Assembly: GCF_003367075.2 (NCBI RefSeq)
Contig: NZ_CP065936.1
Coordinates: 1,290,001 to 1,322,000 of the forward strand
Direction of reading: 5' to 3'
Length of the DNA stretch: 32,000 bases
From: Cylindrospermopsis raciborskii Cr2010
GTDB lineage: Bacteria > Cyanobacteriota > Cyanobacteriia > Cyanobacteriales > Nostocaceae
Shown here: positions 21,801-28,306 of the stretch, one piece after another
Position numbering within the stretch: the first letter of the stretch is position 1
Layout: every line of letters starts with the position of its first letter
Notes under the pieces: generated by a model
Databases searched by the model: none
What the model saw: only the letters and a program-made list of their open reading frames with translations
Told to the model about the DNA's origin: nothing
Translations under genes and position numbers: made by a program

Positions 21801-22045
21801 TTAGAATGGCAGATAGAGATAGGTTGTTCCAGATTTAAAAGTGTTTTTTCACCAGTGGTCAACAATTTACCCATTAATTTAGTGGTAGACAACATTCCCA
21901 GGGGAGAATGTTGGGAATTGAGCACCACTAGACGGTCACACTGCTCCTTGGCAAAAATTTCCATAACTACTGCTAGAGTAGTTGTTTCGGAGCAGGTAGG
22001 TACAGTTGCCAGAAAATCATAAAGTGGGCATTCTAGCATTAACAT
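18839..22045 (-). CDS. Hybrid sensor histidine kinase: CBS pair - PAS-like - HisKA/HATPase - three degenerate receiver-like modules
   Basis: 1068 aa. H-box FLACISHELKTPL (His382 codon at 20900-20902), N-box HLLGNAFKFT, G1 DTGIGIP and G2 GTGLGL are present. The N-terminal CBS-like repeats and C-terminal receiver-like modules are described in the findings. The gene is divergent from kaiABC. Confidence 0.85.
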   Translation of the reverse strand: MLMLECPLYDFLATVPTCSETTTLAVVMEIFAKEQCDRLVVLNSQHSPLGMLSTTKLMGKLLTTGEKTLLNLEQPISICHSNLISPLETIVASNSLNKLGLLLRYPKHQKNSSLDWALVDSDGKFLGLLDSKRLLAFFTSHSKVIKEDNPPQKTDDIQRKTTRPWQRNPFVQLLERLPWPLMLQTGNGEILTKNPAWWEQLGVLKDPEGIRMQVESILTAVKMQVPQPIHNHTRISEYVKSSFSIEKPLEINKLNLKHTQDYQPDLNTIEESYSKANDSPNYCYLDSQQGTCICVVEVQNGQERIWQFAKIPLDSRELKIWGPESQLTLTKENSQLLTKDLWLVLATDVTEQQQLFKELAAKNADLIQLNRLKDEFLACISHELKTPLTAVLGLSRLLVDKNLGELNERQARYAGLIHQSGRHLMSVVNDILDLTRMETGQMELTPSPVRIQEVCDRALVEARSVHNQTGRKGESLPSHEFSLSIEPGLKEIVADELRLRQMLVHLLGNAFKFTESFGKVGLRVNRWEGWIAFTVWDTGIGIPDHQQHLIFQKFQQLENPLNRQFEGTGLGLVLTRALARLHGGDVSFLSREGKGSQFTLLLPPSPPKTSFTDTSGGNGETPQLISSQRLILIVEAVSRYIEEITQHLKSLGYRVVIARSGTEALEKARRLQPKTIFLNPLLPLLSGWDVLTLLKSDSATRHIPVIITATGAEKEQAYLNRADDFLSLPVEYSAMVPIVERWCMVAKSEKIDSPSEEPLPTQKTLKILRLVSAELESNPHPSLTEHRVIEVDDLEQAEILARVWQFDVILLDTDNVNAQKYLQQLPQYPRLAKIPLVTCDAATTLAASQIPGLGVFPCLTPMGKETIHGHNLDHLVSVLEIASGIGCPPNILVVDITMLSDLPDVNSKHAHSRVSNIQRSDSPQYSLKHMMQSQKLVAKQNSTSKVQVGGEWFQALIQYLQTAGFKAGIGNCWRELVQQIIHQSVDLILLCIGEATATQEIENVLNSLANLQVKLPPILVLDKRTSDINVNLLGRLGKVNQGVATQLLPRSISMEDLLGEINQALERE

Positions 22046-22650
22046 AAGCCTTGGGGGTCTTTTTTGCTGTAGTTAGTATCCACAGGCACTTTGACCGGGT
22101 CACTGACTGCCAACACACTAATGTCATAGGAACTGCGTCAGCAACGGTCATGGCTAAAACAATTATTACTCCAAATATTGGTTTTAGAACCTTGAGGAAT
22201 TATAATGATTAATATTGAGACAATACTTCAATTTTGTTTATTTATCTTATCAGTGTGGTAATCTAATGACTATGAGCTGGCGATTTCATTTGGGAGAAAA
22301 GTGCGGCTATGGTTATTTCCATATTAACCAAATATACAAGCAAACCAACATAAATGATATTAGTTATATTATTCCTATATCCTGCACTGGAAAAACTCCT
22401 CTATAGTTTAGTTACACACTATGATAATCTAATCAACACTCTTATAAATCTAACACCGGGTTCATTTATAAGCGTATCCATGAGTAATGTCTCTATAAAT
22501 AATAGATCAGGCATATCAGGATTAGAACTACCTGGAACTTACTTATTAAATTATACTAAAGAAAAAAGATACCTAGGTCTTGATTACAAAGAAGGTTACA
22601 CACTTGTTCTGGCTTGTGAAAACTCACACACAAATCAACAGTTTCAAGAC

Positions 22651-22962
22651 ATGACCGATGGAGAAAGACAGGAGCTATTAAAAAAGCTAAAGTTGGATTA
22701 CGGGAGGATTTTGCTCAACTATTTTAGTGTGGACCAGAATTTAAAAACAACAATTGACCAGTTTATCAGTACCCTATTTTGTGCTAATATTCCTGTGCTT
22801 CAGGTTATAGAAATTCACATGGAGCTGATTGACGAATTTTCTAAACAGCTAAAATTAGAGGGGAGGAGTGATGAAACCTTACTAGACTATAGACTAACAC
22901 TCATAGATGTACTAGCCAATTTGTGTGAGGTTTATCGATGTTCAACTTCTAGGATAACCTGA
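22651..22962 (+). CDS. kaiA: Circadian clock protein KaiA, short form (C-terminal KaiC-binding domain only); start uncertain
   Basis: The C-terminal 100 aa match the KaiA C-domain ([44 protein letters not shown]). ATG 22651 gives 103 aa, as in the roughly 102-aa Anabaena KaiA. The frame is open back to ATG 22480 (160 aa) and ATG 22354 (202 aa). Confidence 0.85.
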   Translation: MTDGERQELLKKLKLDYGRILLNYFSVDQNLKTTIDQFISTLFCANIPVLQVIEIHMELIDEFSKQLKLEGRSDETLLDYRLTLIDVLANLCEVYRCSTSRIT

Positions 22963-23306
22963 TGAATAAAACCAAAAAGACTTATGTATTAAAGCTATAT
23001 GTAGCTGGTAACACGCCCAACTCTGTGAGAGCATTAAGCACATTAAAAAACATATTAGAGAAAGAATTTGAAGGAGTCTATGCTTTAAAAGTGATAGACG
23101 TTCTCAAGAGTCCACAATTAGCAGAGGAAGATAAAATTCTAGCCACACCCACACTGTCAAAGATTTTACCACCGCCGGTGCGCAAGATCATTGGAGATCT
23201 GTCTGATCGGGAGAGGGTGTTAATAGGTCTAGACTTACTCTATGAAGAGCTGAGCGAGGAGGAGTGGGATAACATAGATGATCACAAAATTGAGGAAATA
23301 AACTAG
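22962..23306 (+). CDS. kaiB: Circadian clock protein KaiB
   Basis: 114 aa. The sequence [18 protein letters not shown]...[36 protein letters not shown] is present, followed by an acidic C-terminal tail. The ATG overlaps the kaiA TGA (TGATG). Confidence 0.95.
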   Translation: MNKTKKTYVLKLYVAGNTPNSVRALSTLKNILEKEFEGVYALKVIDVLKSPQLAEEDKILATPTLSKILPPPVRKIIGDLSDRERVLIGLDLLYEELSEEEWDNIDDHKIEEIN

Positions 23307-23352
23307 TCCGTATGGGACAATTAACCATTTAAGATCAAGTATACAATTGGCA

Positions 23353-24906
23353 ATGAGCGACCAGGAGAAACAAGAACAAAAAGAACAGCCAACCCCTACC
23401 AGCGCTGGAGTAGAGAAAATTCGCACTATGATAGAGGGGTTTGATGATATTAGCCATGGTGGGTTACCAATTGGCAGAACCACTCTGTTAAGCGGTACTT
23501 CTGGAACCGGAAAGACCCTATTATCATTACAATTTCTCTATAATGGCATTACCCACTTTGATGAACCGGGAGTATTTGTTACCTTTGAGGAGTCTCCCAG
23601 TGACATTATCAAAAACGCCCACATTTTTGGCTGGAACCTGCAGAAACTGATTGAACAGGGAAAACTGTTTATTCTGGATGCTTCCCCAGATCCTGAAGGA
23701 CAGGACATAGTGGGGAACTTCGACCTTTCAGCTTTGATTGAACGATTACAGTATGCCATTCGTAAATACAAAGCTAACCGAGTTTCTATAGACTCAATTA
23801 CCGCCGTATTTCAACAGTATGAAGCCATAGGGGTAGTAAGAAGAGAAATATTTCGGTTAGTAGCCCGTCTAAAACAGCTGAATGTCACCACAATTATTAC
23901 TACAGAAAGGGGTGAAGAATATGGACCAGTAGCTTCCTTTGGGGTGGAAGAATTTGTGTCTGATAACGTAGTGATTGTTCGTAACGTTTTGGAGGGAGAA
24001 CGCCGCCGACGGACCATTGAGATTCTCAAACTGCGCGGTACAACCCACATGAAAGGTGAATATCCCTTTACGATTACCAATGCAGGGGTGAATATATTCC
24101 CCTTGGGAGCAATGCGGTTAACACAAAGATCTTCTAACGTTCGGGTTTCTTCAGGGGTTAATACCCTAGATGAAATGTGTGGGGGAGGTTTCTTCAAAGA
24201 CTCAATTATTTTAGCTACTGGGGCTACTGGTACTGGAAAAACCCTCCTGGTAAGTAAATTTATCCAGGATGGCTGTGTTAGCGGTGAAAGAGCCATACTA
24301 TTTGCCTATGAAGAGTCTCGAGCCCAACTGTCGCGTAACGCTTATTCTTGGGGGATTGACTTTGAAGAGTTGGAACGCCAGGGTTTATTAAAAATAATTT
24401 GTACCTACCCCGAATCTACCGGTTTAGAGGATCACTTACAAATTATTAAATCAGAGATTGCCGACTTCAAGCCAGCTCGTATTGCTATTGACTCTCTTTC
24501 AGCCTTAGCTAGAGGTGTAAGTAATAATGCCTTCCGCCAATTTGTCATTGGTGTAACTGGCTATGCTAAACAAGAAGAAATCACCGGTTTCTTCACTAAT
24601 ACCAGTGACCAGTTTATGGGATCTCACTCGATCACCGATTCTCACATTTCTACTATTACCGACACAATTATTATGTTACAATATGTAGAAATCCATGGGG
24701 AAATGTCCCGGGCAATAAATGTATTTAAAATGCGTGGTTCTTGGCATGATAAGGGAATTAGAGAATACAACATTACAGCAGATGGACCCAATATTAAAGA
24801 TTCCTTTAGGAATTACGAGAGAATCGTCAGTGGGGCACCTACCCGAGTTAGTATAGATGAGAAAGCAGAACTTTCTCGCATTGTTAAACGGTTCGAAGAT
24901 AAATAA
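23353..24906 (+). CDS. kaiC: Circadian clock protein KaiC
   Basis: Duplicated RecA-like domains carry Walker A GTSGTGKT (CI) and GATGTGKT (CII). MIEGFDDISHGGLP is present, and the phosphosite region reads SHISTITDTIIMLQYVE. The ORF track start at 23347 is a TTG; ATG 23353 (MSDQEKQ...) is more likely. Confidence 0.95.
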   Translation: MSDQEKQEQKEQPTPTSAGVEKIRTMIEGFDDISHGGLPIGRTTLLSGTSGTGKTLLSLQFLYNGITHFDEPGVFVTFEESPSDIIKNAHIFGWNLQKLIEQGKLFILDASPDPEGQDIVGNFDLSALIERLQYAIRKYKANRVSIDSITAVFQQYEAIGVVRREIFRLVARLKQLNVTTIITTERGEEYGPVASFGVEEFVSDNVVIVRNVLEGERRRRTIEILKLRGTTHMKGEYPFTITNAGVNIFPLGAMRLTQRSSNVRVSSGVNTLDEMCGGGFFKDSIILATGATGTGKTLLVSKFIQDGCVSGERAILFAYEESRAQLSRNAYSWGIDFEELERQGLLKIICTYPESTGLEDHLQIIKSEIADFKPARIAIDSLSALARGVSNNAFRQFVIGVTGYAKQEEITGFFTNTSDQFMGSHSITDSHISTITDTIIMLQYVEIHGEMSRAINVFKMRGSWHDKGIREYNITADGPNIKDSFRNYERIVSGAPTRVSIDEKAELSRIVKRFEDK

Positions 24907-25036
24907 ACTGTGAAATGCCAAAATGAAGTTATGTTTGGTATAGTAGCATGTTATTTGTTTCCTTGGTTATGATGCTATATTCTGTGGGAAGACAACTTTT
25001 TTTGCTCGCAGATGGTTCTTTGTGTGAGGGGATGCG

Positions 25037-26842
25037 GTGAAAGGACAGCAATTATTTCATAGTTTCTTGCCCGGTGTGACAGCAGCAGTATTAACAACTC
25101 AGCCTGCTTGGGCTGGAACCTTCAAGGCTAATGATTTGAAACTGGTTTCTTCTCCTGTTGTATCGACTGCGACGAATCCTAAAGTTTCTGTTGTGGAAAA
25201 CAACTGGCAGCTGGCTGCAACTACGGTTGATCATGCACCACTTTTTGACTATCAGCTTGATTTTGGTCAAGCTGTTTTACCGGAACTGCCTAGTTCTAGT
25301 CCACTCCCGGTGGTAAATGGTGCTAATGTACCATCGCCAACCAAGCTCAAAACAGTTTTGTCCTTATCCCCGGTTAACCCCAAGGTGATATCAGGGAAAA
25401 TTTATAATCAGGTAGCTCAGATAACATTACCTAAGGACAATCCTTCGGGAATAGCACAAACTAATTCCCAATCTGTGAACCCTACATCGGATTCTACTCA
25501 GACGATTTTGGAACGTTTTAAACCTAACCCCAACTTTTTGGATGTACCTCAAGATTCTCAAGGAGTTAAGGTGCAGACAACAGAGGCAATTAGTTTAGAA
25601 CAGGCTTTGGAATTGGCCAAGCAGAATAATAATGATTTACAAGTGGCTGTTTTGCAGTTACAACGTAGTCAATCCTCTTTAAGGGAGGCACAAGCTGCTT
25701 TGTTGCCTAGCTTGAATGTACTCGGTGGTGTGACCAGAAGTCGTAGTTCCAGTGCTACTCTCCAGGAAAGACAAACCGCTAAACGTCTCAATATACCCTC
25801 TGAAAATCCAGACGCTACCTCCGTATTTGATTCTCAGGCAGAACTACGGTATGACTTATACACATCAGGTAGAAGAACGGCAGCTATTAAGGAAGCCGAA
25901 GAACAAGTGCGTCTCCAACAATTTGAGGTGGAAAGGCAATCGGAAGAAATTCGTTTAAATGTTGCTACGGAGTATTATGGCTTGCAACAGTCAGATGAGA
26001 GCGTGAGAATTGCTCGCTCCGCAGTGGAAAATTCCCAAGCCAGCTTACGGGATGCTCAAGCATTAGAGCGAGCAGGTGTGGGAACCAAATTTGATGTGTT
26101 GCGATCGCAGGTTAATTTAGCCAATTCTCAACAAGAACTGACAGATGCCCTATCCCAGCAGGCTATAGCTCGTCGTCGTTTGTCCCTGAGATTGAACTTA
26201 CCTCAGTCTGTGAGTATTACCGCTTCGGATCCGGTGCAGTTAGCGGGATTATGGAAAAGCAGTTTAGAAGATAGTATTGTTCTAGCTTATGAAAACCGTG
26301 CCGAACTGCAGCAAAAATTGGCAGAGAGGAATATTAGAGAACAACAAAGAAAACAAGCCTTAGCCACACTAGGTCCGCAAATTAGCTTCATTGCCAGATA
26401 TGACTTATTAGATCAATTTAACGACGGAGTGGCGATTAACGATGGTTATTCTGTGGGATTGCGAGCCAGCATGAACCTATATGATGGTGGTGCTTCCCGG
26501 GCCAGAGCAGCTAGGGCTAAAACTGAAATAGCCATTGCGGAGACTGAATTTGCTGAAAGGCGTAATCAGGTTCGTTTTCAAGTGGAGGAAGCCTATTCCA
26601 GTCACCTAGCCAATTTGGAAAACGTGCAAACTGCTGCTACTGCTCTAGATCAAGCTAAGGAATCCCTGAGACTGGCTAGACTACGTTTCCAAGCTGGTGT
26701 GGGAACTCAAACCGATGTTATCAATGCCCAAAGTGAACTTACCCGTTCGGAGGCTAATCGTGTTCGGGCTATTTTGAATTACAATTTAGCTCTAACCAGA
26801 TTACAGAGATATGTCACCTCTAGGGCGGTTCAAAAGTCTTGA
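25037..26842 (+). CDS. hgdD: TolC-like outer membrane efflux protein (HgdD-like)
   Basis: 601 aa with a GTG start and signal peptide (..QPAWA/G). A Pro/Ser-rich N-terminal extension is followed by two OEP repeats with long coiled-coil and beta segments (LEQALELAKQNNNDLQ, GVGTKFDVLRSQ, GVGTQTDVINAQ). From memory, the position directly downstream of kaiC mirrors Anabaena PCC 7120 (kaiC alr2886, hgdD alr2887). Confidence 0.75.
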   Translation: MKGQQLFHSFLPGVTAAVLTTQPAWAGTFKANDLKLVSSPVVSTATNPKVSVVENNWQLAATTVDHAPLFDYQLDFGQAVLPELPSSSPLPVVNGANVPSPTKLKTVLSLSPVNPKVISGKIYNQVAQITLPKDNPSGIAQTNSQSVNPTSDSTQTILERFKPNPNFLDVPQDSQGVKVQTTEAISLEQALELAKQNNNDLQVAVLQLQRSQSSLREAQAALLPSLNVLGGVTRSRSSSATLQERQTAKRLNIPSENPDATSVFDSQAELRYDLYTSGRRTAAIKEAEEQVRLQQFEVERQSEEIRLNVATEYYGLQQSDESVRIARSAVENSQASLRDAQALERAGVGTKFDVLRSQVNLANSQQELTDALSQQAIARRRLSLRLNLPQSVSITASDPVQLAGLWKSSLEDSIVLAYENRAELQQKLAERNIREQQRKQALATLGPQISFIARYDLLDQFNDGVAINDGYSVGLRASMNLYDGGASRARAARAKTEIAIAETEFAERRNQVRFQVEEAYSSHLANLENVQTAATALDQAKESLRLARLRFQAGVGTQTDVINAQSELTRSEANRVRAILNYNLALTRLQRYVTSRAVQKS

Positions 26843-26893
26843 TCCATGGGGGATTTCAGGAAATGGGGAAAATTGTGTTTTCATGAATTTTAT

Positions 26894-27394
26894 ATGAATT
26901 ATCTTGTTGCTGTGCTACCAGATCGTATCCAGGCCGAATCGGCCTACTTGAGTTTAGAAAAGGAGGGTATTACTAGCTCCATTTTGGGTAGGGGATATAA
27001 AACTGCTGATGAGTTTGGGTTAATAGATCCCAATGAAGAGGCTAAAAAACAAGTTAAACTCATGGCATTTTGGTTAATACCATTTGGCTTTTTTGCTGGG
27101 TTTACATTTAGTTTAATTACTGGCTTAGACACGTTTATCTGGGCTGGGGAAATTGGTAATCATATAATTGGGGGTTTACTGGGCGCTGCTAGTGGTGCTA
27201 TGGGTAGTGTGTTTGTGGGAGGTGGTGTAGGTTTGATTTTTGGTGGTGGTGATGCTTTACCCTATCGCAACCGGTTATCCGCTGGGAAATACCTAATTGT
27301 AGTTCAAGGTTCAGAAGCTCTGACTCGCCAAGCTACACGCATTCTCCGTCAGTATGATCCAGAGAATATTCAAGGTTATGCAGATAATGGTTAG
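26894..27394 (+). CDS. DUF1269-like glycine-zipper membrane protein
   Basis: A central Gly-zipper TM region (IIGGLLGAASGAMGSVFVGGGVGLIFGG) is flanked by two similar small strand-helix modules (YLVAVLPDRIQAESAYLSLEKEG and YLIVVQGSEALTRQATRILRQYD). ATG 26894 is preferred. ATG 26846, 3 nt after the TolC stop, is possible. Confidence 0.45.
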   Translation: MNYLVAVLPDRIQAESAYLSLEKEGITSSILGRGYKTADEFGLIDPNEEAKKQVKLMAFWLIPFGFFAGFTFSLITGLDTFIWAGEIGNHIIGGLLGAASGAMGSVFVGGGVGLIFGGGDALPYRNRLSAGKYLIVVQGSEALTRQATRILRQYDPENIQGYADNG

Positions 27395-27439
27395 TAAAGC
27401 AGCTTAAAAACTAGTCAAACCCCACTTTGAAGATTAATT

Positions 27440-28219
27440 ATGTTGCCAAGAGAAGAACTGTTAAAGGGTGTTGAAAACCGCGATATTATTGCCCATGTAA
27501 TTGACCAAGCAGAACAGGCTATAAAGACCTGGGAAGTGGTAATAACTGACTTTTTATCTCCCCCAGAGTTAGCTGAAATTGAACGAGTTTTTAGCCGGTT
27601 AATGGAGGTGCATTTAGTAGCCTGGGGTGGATATCTCCAAGCTGAACGTCAACGAGTGGCTATCGCTCGTTCTGAAATGCCTTTAGATATATCCCAAGTG
27701 GTTGTTACCGTTTTAGACATAGCTGGAAATTTTCTGTTTGACACTGCCACCCACCGGGATTTTTTAGGGGCTATGCTAGGTACGGGGATTGTGCGAGAAA
27801 AAACAGGAGATATCATTATTTTAGGGGAGAGGGGAGCCCAAGCAATAGTAGTTCCAGAACTGGCAGAATTTTTAACCATGAATTTGCAACAGGTGCGTTC
27901 TGTGCCAGTGAAAACTCAGGTCATAGATTCTAGCGAGTTAAAAATTAGGGAACCCAAAAAGAAGGAATTAACTACAGTAGAAGCTTCTTTAAGATTGGAT
28001 GCCATTGCTTCTGCTGGTTTTGGTATGTCTAGAAGTAAAATGGTTGATTTAATTGATTCCGGGGATGTGCGTGTCAATTGGAAGGAGATTACTCAAAGCA
28101 GTTACCAGTTAAAAATGGGAGACTTAATAGCAATTCGCGGTAAAGGGCGTTTGCAAGTGGGCGAAATTGCTGTCACCAAAAAGGACAGATATCGAATCCA
28201 GTTGACTAGGTATATGTAG
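27440..28219 (+). CDS. S4 RNA-binding domain protein (YlmH-like; 'photosystem II S4 domain protein' family)
   Basis: 259 aa. The N-terminal region TWEVVITDFLSPPE is typical of the cyanobacterial YlmH-like family. There is a C-terminal S4 motif (LRLDAIASAGFGMSRSKMVDLIDSGDVRVNWKE). Confidence 0.65.
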   Translation: MLPREELLKGVENRDIIAHVIDQAEQAIKTWEVVITDFLSPPELAEIERVFSRLMEVHLVAWGGYLQAERQRVAIARSEMPLDISQVVVTVLDIAGNFLFDTATHRDFLGAMLGTGIVREKTGDIIILGERGAQAIVVPELAEFLTMNLQQVRSVPVKTQVIDSSELKIREPKKKELTTVEASLRLDAIASAGFGMSRSKMVDLIDSGDVRVNWKEITQSSYQLKMGDLIAIRGKGRLQVGEIAVTKKDRYRIQLTRYM

Positions 28220-28306
28220 ATCTGGTTAACAACCTTAAATATAAGCTAAATAAATAGAAATTTTCTATAACTTCGATTCATAATTGAATGGGTAACTGCT
28301 AAAGGT

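Noticed and set aside
19231-22022. Several 75-99-aa plus-strand ORFs inside the histidine kinase gene (19231, 19596, 19938, 20322, 21765).
   Set aside because: These are shadow ORFs antisense to a gene with clear HisKA/HATPase motifs. They have no independent signals.
22215-22406. 63-aa TTG-start ORF in the kinase-kaiA spacer.
   Set aside because: It has a non-ATG start, no RBS and an AT-rich low-complexity translation. It overlaps the more interesting kaiA-frame extension, so it is most likely non-coding promoter/leader sequence.
23811-24296. 161-aa ORF antisense to kaiC, plus smaller antisense ORFs at 23235-23483, 23538-23771 and 24676-24921.
   Set aside because: They are fully embedded opposite the highly conserved kaiC frame. 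They show Arg/Ser/Pro-rich composition typical of shadow ORFs, and I recognise no motif.
20683-26100. A 5.4-kb HIP1-free stretch covering part of the kinase, kaiABC and the 5' part of the TolC gene, considered as a hint of horizontal acquisition.
   Set aside because: With 18 sites in 32 kb, a gap this long is expected about once by chance (Poisson estimate). Gene content and synteny are typical of native Nostocales.
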